From: an uncultured Planctomycetota bacterium
GTDB taxonomy: Bacteria > Planctomycetota > Planctomycetia > Isosphaerales > Isosphaeraceae
NCBI GenBank assembly: GCA_963737655.1
Contig: CAVTTN010000002.1
Coordinates: 3,520,001-3,584,000, forward strand
Length of the DNA stretch: 64,000 nucleotides
Reading direction: 5' to 3'
Shown here in pieces: positions 10,443-20,419 of this stretch. A program made the translations under genes and the position numbers. How positions within the stretch are numbered: the stretch's first letter is position 1; each line of letters starts with the position of its first letter. Under the pieces are notes generated by a model. The model made no database searches. It saw only the letters and a list, made by a program, of their open reading frames with translations, and had not been told where the DNA came from.

Positions 10443-10933
10443 TCAGGCGGTCCGGCACCTTCTTCGAGGAGGATCTGGCGGGCGCGGGCCACGTCGTTGT
10501 CAGCGGCCTGGACCGAGACGAGGATGTGGCCTCGTTCGAGGCGGCTGGAATACTCGCTGGCCTCGTCCTCGGGGATTCCGGCGCCGACCAGGCCGCCGAT
10601 CAGGCCGCCCGAGGCGGCGCCGATGGCCGCGCCGGTCAGCCCGGCGGCGAGAGGGCCACCGATCAGGACCGTGCCGATGCCCGGCAGGAGGATCGTGCTT
10701 CCCACCAGGGCGATCCCCACGAGGGCGCCCGTGGCGGCGCCCGTCAGGCCGCCCGCGGTCGCCCCTTCGGCGGCCAGGTCGTTCGACCCGGTGGTCTCGG
10801 CCAGGTCGCCCGACTCGCGGTGATCGCGCATGGCCACGCCGATCGACTCCCGGCCGAACCCGGCCGCCTGGAGCCGGTGGATCGCGTCTTCGGCCTCGCT
10901 CCTCGTCTCGAACATGCCCACAACGGTCTTCAT
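10443..10933 (-). CDS. General stress protein (17M/YflT-like, glycine zipper)
   Basis: MKTVVGMFETRSEAEDAI, Gly-rich hydrophobic hairpin, GIPEDEA..Y...LERGHILVSV. As read, the ORF runs to 10289 and overlaps the AKR gene; the true stop is probably ~10443 after a 1-nt indel. Confidence 0.75.
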
Positions 10934-11225
10934 CGTTCGGTCCTCGCCTGGGGAGGGCCTCGCGCGGGCGAGGCCGATGTCTTGATCTCCATCAACGGTC
11001 CCGCGACCGACGATCGTGGAGGAACTCAGGGCAAACGTCGCGCCAAGCCTTTCGGATCGACGTCAGGAATCGGTGGCGAACGCGTCGAGAATGCGAGACG
11101 GCTCGCGGGACCGAGATTCGATCACCGATCGGTAGGGACTTGCATCAGGTTGGGAATGCAGTTGCTCATGAGAACCCGTCGGGCGACATGGTCGCTCCGG
11201 CACGAGAACTGCCGTGCCCTCGTCC

Positions 11226-12317
11226 ATGACGACTTCATCACCGACCACGTCGCGACGTCGTTCGAAAACCGCTCGCCAGGGCCTCTCCGCCCCGAATCTC
11301 GTGTACGTCCACGACGATCGGCCGGGCTTCGGCCGGGTCCGAAGGGCCGGAGGGTTCCGCTATGTCGATCCGGAGGGCAAGCCCCTGCGCGATCCGGGCC
11401 ACCTCGCCCGGATTCGCTCGCTGGCGATCCCGCCGGCCTGGGAGAACGTCTGGATCTGCCCCGACCCCGTCGGCCACATCCAGGCCACCGGGCGCGATCA
11501 GAAAGGGCGGAAGCAGTACCGCTATCACCCCCGATGGCGGCTCATGAAGGATGAGACCAAATACGCGAAGATGGTCCCGTTCGGCCGGGCCCTGCCGAGG
11601 ATTCGCGAGGCCGTCGAGGCCGATTTGAGCCGGCCGGGGATGCCGAGACGCAAGGTCCTGGCGACGGTCGTCCGTCTCCTCGAAGTCACCATGATCCGCG
11701 TGGGCAACGACGAATATGCCCGCGCGAACGGATCCTATGGGCTGACGACCTTGAAGGACAAGCACACGAGGATCGACGGCCCGAAGGTGCGCTTCCAGTT
11801 CCGGGGCAAGAGCGGCGTCCGCCACGTGATCGAGTTGACCGACCGCCGACTCGCCCGGGTGGTCCGCAACTGCCGGGACCTCCCCGGTCAGGAGCTGTTC
11901 CAGTACCTCGACGAGGACGGCAACGTCCGCGACGTGGGATCGGACGACGTGAACGCCTACCTCCGCGAGATCAGCGGCGAGGACTTCACCGCCAAGGACT
12001 TCCGGACCTGGGCCGGCACCGTCCTGGCCGCGATCGCGCTGCGGGAATTCGAGGCATTCGACAGCCAGGCCCAGGCGAGGAAGAACGTGGTCCGGGCGAT
12101 CGAGGCCGTGGCGAAGCGGCTGGGCAACACCCCGAGCGTCTGCCGGAAGTGCTACGTCCATCCCGAGGTCCTCGGCGCCTATCTCGACGGCTCCATGGTC
12201 GAGTCCCTCCGCCAACGGGCCGACGAGGCGATGGCCGGGCTCGCCCAGCTCAAGCCGGAAGAAGCCGCCGTGCTGGTCCTCCTCCAGAGGAGGCTCGCGA
12301 AGCTGTCGGGCTCCTGA
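11226..12317 (+). CDS. DNA topoisomerase IB (bacterial/poxvirus type)
   Basis: IPPAW, GRKQYRYH, IRVGN, FRGKSG, TAKDFRTW, LGNTPSVCRKCYVHP (catalytic Tyr). Confidence 0.93.
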   Translation: MTTSSPTTSRRRSKTARQGLSAPNLVYVHDDRPGFGRVRRAGGFRYVDPEGKPLRDPGHLARIRSLAIPPAWENVWICPDPVGHIQATGRDQKGRKQYRYHPRWRLMKDETKYAKMVPFGRALPRIREAVEADLSRPGMPRRKVLATVVRLLEVTMIRVGNDEYARANGSYGLTTLKDKHTRIDGPKVRFQFRGKSGVRHVIELTDRRLARVVRNCRDLPGQELFQYLDEDGNVRDVGSDDVNAYLREISGEDFTAKDFRTWAGTVLAAIALREFEAFDSQAQARKNVVRAIEAVAKRLGNTPSVCRKCYVHPEVLGAYLDGSMVESLRQRADEAMAGLAQLKPEEAAVLVLLQRRLAKLSGS

Positions 12318-12339
12318 GCGATCGAGGAGTTCGCAAGAC

Positions 12340-12411
12340 GTCGGGTGCATGAAATGCACCATCTTCCGTTCCCGAATCATGTTGAAGGGAAGATGGTGCA
12401 TTTCATGCACC
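12340..12411. repeat. REP family A inverted pair; right arm interrupted by the IS
   Basis: GTCGGGTGCATGAAATGCACC-ATCTTCC...GGAAGAT-GGTGCATTTCATGCACC. The rest of the right arm (CTAC) lies beyond the IS at 13900-13903. Confidence 0.85.
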
Positions 12412-13887
12412 CAGCCCTTTGGAGTCGTCGGCATGAGTTTGTTAAGCTGCCACCAGATACGGAGTTACCGATTCTCCGCGGAGGCGGCGGCGATGATCCT
12501 CAGCGATGTCTTCGAGCGGTTCTCCCGGGATTCTCCTCTGTCGGTCATGGCTCAGGGTGTCATGGCCAACGCCATGGACCCCCAGGCCCTCGACCAACTC
12601 TTCGAGGAGGTCGCCCGCAAGCAGTTCACCCACAAGCTCCTCTTCTCCACGGTCGTCGACCTCATGAGCGTCGTGGTCTGCCGCATCCGGCCCTCGATCC
12701 ACGCCGCCTTCCAGGCCCGAGCCGAGACCGTCGGGGCGACCATCGACGCCGTCTACGACAAGCTCGACGGCACCGAGACCGCCGTCTCCGCCGCGCTGGT
12801 CCACACGGTGGCCGCGCGGTTGGCCCCGGTCATCGAGGCGATGGGAGGCGCCCGGCCCGACTGGCTGCCCGGCTATCGCGCCCGGATCCTCGACGGCAAT
12901 CACCTCCCCGGCTCCGAGCACAGGATCAAGGAGCTGCGGGCCATGCGGGCCGCCGCCTTGCCCGGTCACTCGCTGGTCGTGCTCGACCCCCGCCTGATGT
13001 TGGCCACCGATGTCGTCCCCTGTGAAGACGGTCATGCGCAGGAGCGGTCGTTGCTCGATCAGGTCCTGGCGAAGGTCGCGGCGAAGGACCCCTGGATCGC
13101 CGACCGCAACTTCTGCACGACCGACTTCCTGTTCGGGATCGCGGGGCGCGGCGGCTCCTTCGCGATCCGACAGCACGCCTCGACCTTGCACTGGGCGTTC
13201 GTCGGCAAGCGGCGGGCCTGCGGCCGGATCGAGACCGGCCGGGTCTTCGAGCAGGCCATCCGGGCCACCGACGAGGCCGACGAGATCCTGATCCTGCGCC
13301 GGATCACCGTGCTGCTGGATCAGCCCACGCGGGACGGAGAGGCCGAGCTGCACATCCTGACCAACGTGCCGGCCCAGGACGCCCGGGCCAAGGTGATCGC
13401 CGATCTCTACCGTCGTCGCTGGACGATCGAGACCGCGTTCCAGGAGTTGGAAGCGTCGCTCGACAGCGAGGTCAACACCCTGGGCTATCCCAAGGCGGCG
13501 TTGTTCGCGTTCTGCGTGGCCCTGGTCGCGTACAACGTGCTGAGCACGGTCAAGGGGGCGTTGCGTTCGGTGCACGGCGAGGAGGTGGTGGCCGATGAGG
13601 TCTCGGGCTACTACGTGGCCGACGAGATCCGGATGACCCACCGGGGGATGATGATCGCGATTCCCGAAGACGAATGGGTGGTGTTTCACGACCTGCCCGC
13701 CGAGGAATTGGCCGAGGTCCTGGTGGGCCTGGCGCGATCGGTTTCCTTGCCGAAGCTGCGCAAGCACCGCGCGGCCCGAAGAAGCCGAAGCCCAAGAAAC
13801 AGAGCGGGGCGAAGATCAAACATGTCGCTACCGCGAAGATCCTAAAAGCTCGTCAAGCGTGTACAAAGTAATGCCTCCAAAGGGCTG
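12412..13887 (+). mobile_element. Insertion sequence, IS4-family-like, 1476 bp
   Basis: Perfect 13-bp terminal inverted repeats CAGCCCTTTGGAG (12412-12424) and CTCCAAAGGGCTG (13875-13887). Flanked by a 12-bp direct repeat ATTTCATGCACC (12400-12411 and 13888-13899). One DDE transposase inside. Confidence 0.92.
12493..13871 (+). CDS. IS4-family DDE transposase (apparent 1-nt frameshift near 13768)
   Basis: ILDG, IADRNF and YRRRWTIETAFQELE (YREK-like signature). The basic tail PRGPKKPKPK...CTK* is in another frame and ends at 13871, just inside the right IR. Confidence 0.9.
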
Positions 13888-13899
13888 ATTTCATGCACC

Positions 13900-15555
13900 C
13901 TACAGGGCGTTGCTGGCGGCCCACCATCGCCAGCGGAAGGCGAGGTAGGTGAACCCGAAGAGCACCAGGCAGATGGGCATCGCCAGGACGAGGTAGGCGA
14001 CCCACACCGGCTGATCGATCCAGGGCAGCAGGATCGGCTTGACCGCCGGCTCGCCCGATCCTCCGGTCCACGACGACGTGGAGGCCGGATCGACGCTGAA
14101 CGCCGCCGCGAACGGGCTGACGACCGTCAGCACCGAGAGCTTCCTCTCATCCACTTTCGAGAAATTCTGGAAGAATTTGAACGTCCCCACCGGCCCGACG
14201 AACAGGAGCAGGAGGCTCATGTACGTCAGGACCATCGCCACCGAAGTCCTCCTCGAGAGCGCCGAGCAGAGCAGGCCGATCGTCGTCGTCAGGACGCAGG
14301 TCATCAGGATGATCATGAGGAAGATCAGGAGCGTCCACCACTGGCCGCGAAGCTCGGGGATCAGGGCGTACGCAAGCAATAATTGTTCGGTCAGGAGGAA
14401 CGTGAGGACCGTGGAGACCCTCAGCGACGCCACCAGCTTCGCCAGGACGATCTGCCCGGGCCGGAGCAGGGTCGTCAACAGGAGGCCCAGCGTCTGCCTC
14501 TCGCGCTCCTGGGTGATGCTCCCGGAAGAGAACACCGGTCCCACCAGCATGTTAAAGGTGACGACATAAGCCACATAGTATCCGGCGAGCTGTGGCTTGA
14601 AGAACAGGAGGAACGCCATCAGCGGGATGGACAGCAGCATGCTGACCTGGATCACCAGGCGGAGCATCAGCGTCCCCTGGGAGAAGATCTCGCTGCGGAG
14701 CTCCTTGTCGAGCACGGGGTTGGTGCCGTCGGGCATCAGGTCCGTGCGTTTGGCCGGGGCGAACAGCTTGTCGGGGAAGAGGTCGCGGTCGATCACCACG
14801 CCGATGGCGTACTTCATTTCTTGCTCTTCATCGACGACGTCCTTGCCCTCGCTGCCGACGTCCGGCGGGCGGAGCAGGCGGCGGTTCACGATGATTGCCA
14901 CCACCGTCCAGATCGTCAGGCACCACGGCGGCAGGACGGCGATCGAGACGAAGTCCCGGGCCATCGTGTTGTCGGTCCGGGTCATGTACACGCAGACCAG
15001 GGAGAGGGGCAGGATGATCAGGTAGCTGACCACCAGCGCCGAGCTCGTCCTCTGGAAGTAGCTCGAACAGGCCACGCTGATCAGGCCGAACGTCCCGGCC
15101 GCGAGGATCAGGATCAGGTAGGCGCGGGCGATCTCCGAGAGCAAGATCCCGCCCAGGAGGAAACAGAGGATCATCAGGGGAAGGCTGGAAATGATCAGCA
15201 AGACGAGATAGGTCAACGAGCTGAGCAATTTCCCGACGAGGATGGTCATCGGTTCCAGAGGGCTGGCCAAAAGCATCTCGTAGGTCTTGCGTTCCTTCTC
15301 GCCGGTGATCGTCCCGGCGGCGAACGTGGGCGCGACCATCGCCACGAGGAAGAACTGGCCGAGGAAGAACAGGTCGAAGAGGCTCTGCGCGGCGCCGGAG
15401 CTGACCTGGGTGATCCCCCCTTCCCCGCTCGGCCACGCGAGGTAAACGACCAGCCCGAGGAATGCCACGTACGCGAACTGGAGGATGAACGACCGCGACG
15501 AGCGGAGGTTCACCAGCAATTCGCGGGACAGTACGGGATTATCTTTGAGGATCAT
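13900..15555 (-). CDS. ABC-2 type permease with two tandem membrane domains
   Basis: Repeated NPVL..EL and IT.E(K/R)ER.T...LL...L.P..I...KL motifs. The TAG stop is part of the REP GTAG. Confidence 0.88.
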   Translation of the reverse strand: MILKDNPVLSRELLVNLRSSRSFILQFAYVAFLGLVVYLAWPSGEGGITQVSSGAAQSLFDLFFLGQFFLVAMVAPTFAAGTITGEKERKTYEMLLASPLEPMTILVGKLLSSLTYLVLLIISSLPLMILCFLLGGILLSEIARAYLILILAAGTFGLISVACSSYFQRTSSALVVSYLIILPLSLVCVYMTRTDNTMARDFVSIAVLPPWCLTIWTVVAIIVNRRLLRPPDVGSEGKDVVDEEQEMKYAIGVVIDRDLFPDKLFAPAKRTDLMPDGTNPVLDKELRSEIFSQGTLMLRLVIQVSMLLSIPLMAFLLFFKPQLAGYYVAYVVTFNMLVGPVFSSGSITQERERQTLGLLLTTLLRPGQIVLAKLVASLRVSTVLTFLLTEQLLLAYALIPELRGQWWTLLIFLMIILMTCVLTTTIGLLCSALSRRTSVAMVLTYMSLLLLFVGPVGTFKFFQNFSKVDERKLSVLTVVSPFAAAFSVDPASTSSWTGGSGEPAVKPILLPWIDQPVWVAYLVLAMPICLVLFGFTYLAFRWRWWAASNAL

Positions 15556-15558
15556 GGG

Positions 15559-16146
15559 TCAGGTCATCCCGATCGAATGAGGCCGAGTCTTCGACGGTTT
15601 TCGACAGGCCGCGGCGACGAGGCCCAGGAGCTTCAAGAGGATCAGGACCCCCGCGCCGATCAGGATCGACCGGCCCAGGGCGATCAGGAAATAGTGGAAA
15701 GGCCGAACGGCCCGCGGGCTGAGCCGCCCCTCGGCGACGACCTTGCCGAACTTCGCCGCTTTCGACCTGGCGAGGCTTTTTGCCACCGCGTTGACGACCG
15801 CGACGTCCTCGTAGGGTCGCCCCGTCCAGCGGCGGACCATCACGATCGTCGATCCGTGCATCGGCAAGACCTCGAGCCCCCGGCCCAGTTTCAGGCCCGG
15901 AGGGAACGCCTTCAAGGCCGGGTCGAGCGCCGCCCGACCGAGGGTCTCCGAGCCGCTCGCCTCGATCCGCTCGATCGGGACCGCCCGACCCATGTTCACC
16001 CACGCCACGGGAGGGACCGGCCGCATCGAGTCCCACTCGAACGAGGCGAGGACCGCCGCCACGGCCGCCGTCGCGATCATCAGCGACCCGACCGAGATCG
16101 ACCCGGAGAGCCAGCCTGGGCGTTGTCGGTGAGTACTTCGAATCAT
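15559..16146 (-). CDS. Hypothetical membrane protein
   Basis: ORF fills the gap inside the ABC operon. Has an 'ISVGSLMIATAAVA' N-terminal TM segment and a C-terminal TM segment. Confidence 0.55.
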   Translation of the reverse strand: MIRSTHRQRPGWLSGSISVGSLMIATAAVAAVLASFEWDSMRPVPPVAWVNMGRAVPIERIEASGSETLGRAALDPALKAFPPGLKLGRGLEVLPMHGSTIVMVRRWTGRPYEDVAVVNAVAKSLARSKAAKFGKVVAEGRLSPRAVRPFHYFLIALGRSILIGAGVLILLKLLGLVAAACRKPSKTRPHSIGMT

Positions 16147-16280
16147 GCTCGATTCCCCGTCCGGCCGCGAATCCAGGGCGAAGCCCATCGTCCCATCAAC
16201 GATTTCCGGCTCGAAATCGAGGCTCAGGATCCCAGCAGCCTCATGAAGGACCGCGTTGGCCCCGACCCGCGGTCCTCGCG

Positions 16281-17210
16281 TCAGTTCACGATCCCCTTGG
16301 TGATCATCATGAACACTTCTTCCAGGCTCAATTCCTCTTCCGCGAACGAGTGGACGCCCACGCCGGAGCCGATCAGGCGGTTGAGCAACCGGGCCAGGTC
16401 GCCTTCCTCGCCCTCGTATTCGCAGGTCAGGGTGTGATCGAACGATTCGATCGACCGGCATTCCGGCTGCTCGCGGAGGATCGAGGCGGCGTGGTCGGTC
16501 GAGGGGTCCGTCACGCGCACCTTCAACACCCGGTGTTGCCGGAGCTTGCGGGTGATCTCGGTGATGCTGCCGGCGGCGAGCAGTTTCCCCCGTTCGATGA
16601 TGCCGATCATGGTGCAGAAGTCGGCGAGCTCGGAGAGGATGTGGCTGGAGACGAGGATCGTCTTGCCCATCCCCTTCAGCTCGTTCAAGAGGGCCTTCAT
16701 CTCGAGGCGGGCGCGGGGGTCCAGGCCGCTCGCCGGCTCGTCCAGGATCAGCACGGGCGGGTCGTGGACGAGGGTCTTGGCCAGGCAGAGCCTCTGCTTC
16801 ATGCCCTTGGACAGGCCGTTGACGTAGTCGTCCCGCTTGTGGGTCAAATCGAGCAATTCGAGGACCTGGGTGATGATCTGCTTGCGGTGCCCCCGGGGGA
16901 TCTGGTAGGCCACGGCGAAGAAGTCGAGGAATTCCCAGACCTTCATGCCGTCATACACGCCGAAGTCATCCGGCATGAAGCCGATGACCTTGCGGACGGC
17001 CATCGGGTCATCCACGACGGAATGGCCGCAGATGAACCCCTGGCCGGAGGTCGGCCGGAGTAAGGTCGCGAGGAAGCGGATGGTCGTGCTCTTGCCGGCG
17101 CCGTTGGGGCCGATGAAGCCGAAAATCTCTCCCTGGCCGATGGAGAAGCTCAGGTCGTCCACGGCCACGAAGTCGCCGTAGCGCTTGGTGAAGTTCCTCA
17201 CCTCGATCAT
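16281..17210 (-). CDS. ABC transporter ATP-binding protein
   Basis: GPNGAGKS, LSKGMKQR, ILDEPASGLDP, SSHILSE. Confidence 0.93.
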   Translation of the reverse strand: MIEVRNFTKRYGDFVAVDDLSFSIGQGEIFGFIGPNGAGKSTTIRFLATLLRPTSGQGFICGHSVVDDPMAVRKVIGFMPDDFGVYDGMKVWEFLDFFAVAYQIPRGHRKQIITQVLELLDLTHKRDDYVNGLSKGMKQRLCLAKTLVHDPPVLILDEPASGLDPRARLEMKALLNELKGMGKTILVSSHILSELADFCTMIGIIERGKLLAAGSITEITRKLRQHRVLKVRVTDPSTDHAASILREQPECRSIESFDHTLTCEYEGEEGDLARLLNRLIGSGVGVHSFAEEELSLEEVFMMITKGIVN

Positions 17211-17256
17211 GGCCGGGCGGCCTCCGGGCTCGTCGGATTCGGGGCGATGGGGCGGA

Positions 17257-19686
17257 TCATTGCGAGTTCGGCTTCTGGTCGGGCTGGTAGTACTCGGGCC
17301 CGGCGGGGTCGGGCGAGGCCGGATAGCGGACGTGGGCGACCACCAGGCGAATCCCTCGATGGCGATCGACCTTCGGCTTCATTTCCTGGCCCGGATGGGG
17401 GCCGTCGGCCCACGCCACCAGGCGAATTTCGCCGCGGTCCTCGGGCCCGAACGGCTGATACGAGGCCAGGCGTTCGAGGTACGGCTCCGGGTCGGTCCAG
17501 GAGGCCTTCCCGGGCAGGGGCGGGGACGTCGCCTGGCCGATCGCGACGGTCGAGGACGCCGGGATCGTCCCGAGAGCGATCCGGTCGCCGGTGGTGGTGT
17601 CGACGAGGACCGCGTCCCGAAGTTCCAGGTTCGTCCCGTTCTCGATCTTTCCCGTCTTCAGGTCGCCCGAGAGAGTGATTCCTCCGGGGAGGCTCACCAT
17701 CGCCTCGGCGCGGAACATGGCGAGGCTCCGCGGCTGGACCTGGAAGCCGTTGAGCGACGGGTCGGGCGTGCTGTCGAAGTTGGACATCGCCGACTCCTCG
17801 CCCCGGAGCGAGTGCCCCGTGTTCAGGGGGAGGGCGAGGGCGGACGGGTCGTTCGGATAGGTGATCGCGTACCGGTCGCGGCCGGTCGAGTAGACCGAGG
17901 CGAACCGGCTCAGGTAGCCGCGAGGGTGGCCTCCCTGGATCTCCAGGACGTCGATCTCGGAGACGTCGCTATCGAAGCCCATGTCGTAGGCCGCCGCCCT
18001 CTCGACCGAGATCGCGAACCCCAGGGCCAGGACCGGGACGGCGATCCAGGCCCACTCCCTCTTCCGAAGGATGAACTTGCAGATCGCCCAGTTCAGGGGC
18101 ACCAGCGCGATCAGATAGCCGAGGATGACCTTGAGGACGAACTTCGAGCCCGGGATCGTGATGCCGGAGGCCTTCTCCAGGCTCTCGCGGGCCAGGACCG
18201 GCAGGCTCTCGGGCGACGTGTCGAGCCAGGCTCCAACCGGGTCGAGCTTGTTCGGCGAGCTCGGGTCGGCCGAATCCCCCTCGGGCGGGGCCTTGGCGTT
18301 GAAGTCCCGGGCGAGGAGGCGGACCCAGGTCAGCCGGGGGCCGGGGAGGAAGTCGTAGACCCTCCGATCCTTCCCCGTTCCGTAATTCTCCTCGGGACGG
18401 CGGAGCAGGACGCGGCGGATCATGGTGTCCTGACCGGGCCAGTTCAGCAGGGCCTTGTCGTTGGGGTTGAGCGCGATCATGAGGACTCGGCCTCGGCCGA
18501 CCCGCCACTCGACGGCCAGCGTTCGCTTCTGGGCATCACCCAGGGGGATGACCGTCGCTCCCTCCTTGGGCTCCAGGCCGGCGAGGTAGACCGGCTCCCG
18601 GGCCGACGGCTTGATCGCCGCCGGGGGCTTGTTCCTCTGCGGGTTCGCGTTGGGGTCTCGGCGGATTCCCGGGGTGTCGATGAGCTCGTCGAACTCGTTG
18701 GGCCAGAGCGGAGGGCGATAGGCGGAGGACATCCCGGAGAGGTCCGCCTCGGTCAGCAGGGCGTTGGTCCCGGACGACGTGGCCGGCAAATACGGGCCCA
18801 GGACGCTGTCTTGCAGCCCCGCGAGGTTCGGACCCGAGGAAACCACGATCAACTGGCCGCCGAAATGGATCCAGTCGATCAGGGCCGAATACTGGGCGCT
18901 GCTGAGCTTCTCCGGGAGGAGGCCGTCCCACACGACGTGGCTGATCGTGGTCCACGTCAGAGGGTTCGTCGAGAGCCGGGGCCGTTCCCCGGGCTGTGGG
19001 AGGACCAGGCGATAATACCTCTGACGCTCGACCTCCATCGGGTTCTGCTCGCGGTCGCCGGAGGTGGGGAGCGTCGCCTGGATCCGGCTCCAGAACTGGC
19101 CGTAGATGCTGGGCTCGGGGCTGAGGATCGGGATCAGCATCTGGTGGGGTTCGAGCTTCTGCAGGACGGTGGACCAGCCGACCTCGCCCCGCAGGGCCTC
19201 CGGCCGGGTGAGCTCCAGGGAGAGTTCCTTGGGGATCTCGGGGAGCATGATCTGCATGGATTGCGGCTTGGGCTGGCCCTTCTGGAGCCTGACCTCGCGG
19301 CGATAGACCATCGCGTGGGGCATCCCCAGGAGGTTGATCTGCGGGCGGCCGGAGGGCAGGGTCTCCGACGTCTGCATCAGGCCGTCGAAGTCGGCGAGGT
19401 TCGCCTGCATGTCCACCGAGATCGTCGACCAGTGGTTGCGCTTCACATAAGGAAGGACGTCGAACGGCGCAATCCGGGTGATATAGATCTCGAACGGGGG
19501 GCGGGGCTTCTCCTTGGCCTTCAGCTTGGCGTCGAGCACCTCGTCCTCGCTCATCGCCTTGAACTTCTCAATCGCCGAGTCCTTCTCTTTCTCCTTCTCC
19601 TTCTCCTGGGCGAACGAGACGGCCGGAGCCATCGCCAGAACGGCGAAGGCCAGGGCGCAGGCGGGTCGGAGCAGGCGGAGACTCAT
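17257..19686 (-). CDS. Large exported/membrane hypothetical protein associated with the ABC system
   Basis: Signal peptide (ending SFA-QE), ALIDWIHFGGQLIV segment resembling a glutamine-amidotransferase-like fold, and two TM helices (YLIALVPLNW...AWIAVPVLALGF). Confidence 0.7.
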   Translation of the reverse strand: MSLRLLRPACALAFAVLAMAPAVSFAQEKEKEKEKDSAIEKFKAMSEDEVLDAKLKAKEKPRPPFEIYITRIAPFDVLPYVKRNHWSTISVDMQANLADFDGLMQTSETLPSGRPQINLLGMPHAMVYRREVRLQKGQPKPQSMQIMLPEIPKELSLELTRPEALRGEVGWSTVLQKLEPHQMLIPILSPEPSIYGQFWSRIQATLPTSGDREQNPMEVERQRYYRLVLPQPGERPRLSTNPLTWTTISHVVWDGLLPEKLSSAQYSALIDWIHFGGQLIVVSSGPNLAGLQDSVLGPYLPATSSGTNALLTEADLSGMSSAYRPPLWPNEFDELIDTPGIRRDPNANPQRNKPPAAIKPSAREPVYLAGLEPKEGATVIPLGDAQKRTLAVEWRVGRGRVLMIALNPNDKALLNWPGQDTMIRRVLLRRPEENYGTGKDRRVYDFLPGPRLTWVRLLARDFNAKAPPEGDSADPSSPNKLDPVGAWLDTSPESLPVLARESLEKASGITIPGSKFVLKVILGYLIALVPLNWAICKFILRKREWAWIAVPVLALGFAISVERAAAYDMGFDSDVSEIDVLEIQGGHPRGYLSRFASVYSTGRDRYAITYPNDPSALALPLNTGHSLRGEESAMSNFDSTPDPSLNGFQVQPRSLAMFRAEAMVSLPGGITLSGDLKTGKIENGTNLELRDAVLVDTTTGDRIALGTIPASSTVAIGQATSPPLPGKASWTDPEPYLERLASYQPFGPEDRGEIRLVAWADGPHPGQEMKPKVDRHRGIRLVVAHVRYPASPDPAGPEYYQPDQKPNSQ

Positions 19687-19828
19687 GGCGGGCCTCGGGA
19701 TCGTCGCGATCGGGCCGGTCGCGGGCGAGGAGAGTATCTCGGACCAGTGTAGCGGCCCGGCGAGACGCCAGGAAGGGGCCCGGGGCGTCAATCCGAAAGA
19801 ATTGGGAATCGGCACGGGCGATTTCGAG

Positions 19829-20419
19829 CTAGGGGGCCGTCCATCGCGAGTAATCTTCGGGGGTGTCGAGGTCCGCGGCGGCCGTCGGGTCGGCCCACGG
19901 CACCTCGACGACGGCGAGCGGGCGGTCGCGGACCAGGGCGTTGATGCCCACCTCCGCCGGAAGCCCCCGAATCTCCTCGGCGATCGCCCAGGGCAGGCCG
20001 AGGGGATGCCCTCGACGCTCGCCACATCGCGGGACCACGATCCGGTTCGGCTCGATCTTCATTCGTTCGACGACCGCCGCCACCAGCTCGCAAGTCATCC
20101 CCACGGAGTCGGCGGGGGCAAGCAAGATCCCCAGGGGACGGACGGGATCGAGCGCCAGGTGGGCGACGCCTTGCTCGACGGTGCTTCTCATGTCGGGGGA
20201 CGGGGCTTGGAGAGCCATGGTCTCGGCCCCGTGCTCGGTCGCGACGCGGGCAAGCTCCTCCGCGTTCGGCGGACAGACGACCAGGACGCGATCGGCCCCG
20301 CCCTCGCGAAGGGTTCGGATCACCCGGCCGATCAGGGGTTCGCCGCGAACGTCCAGGAGGAGCTTGGGACGGCCCATCCGCCGGCTCGATCCGGCCGCCG
20401 GGACGATCGCCGCGATCAC
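19829..20419 (-). CDS. Molybdenum cofactor cytidylyltransferase-like NTP transferase (MocA family)
   Basis: AAGSSRRMGRPK, RGHP, DLDTPEDY. Overlaps the upstream XdhC gene by 4 nt. Confidence 0.85.
   Translation of the reverse strand: MIAAIVPAAGSSRRMGRPKLLLDVRGEPLIGRVIRTLREGGADRVLVVCPPNAEELARVATEHGAETMALQAPSPDMRSTVEQGVAHLALDPVRPLGILLAPADSVGMTCELVAAVVERMKIEPNRIVVPRCGERRGHPLGLPWAIAEEIRGLPAEVGINALVRDRPLAVVEVPWADPTAAADLDTPEDYSRWTAP

Noticed and set aside
12349..12492. N-terminal extensions containing MVHFMHP/MHEMHH or crossing REP arms (transposase, lolE-like, NUDIX frames)
   Set aside because: They are translations of the REP palindrome; the transposase extension would start outside the IS terminal repeat.
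17185..19752. Long antisense or alternate-frame ORFs (e.g. 17185-19752, 35551-38127, 32281-34527, 14383-16437)
   Set aside because: Shadow ORFs expected in high-GC DNA opposite real genes; no recognisable motifs.
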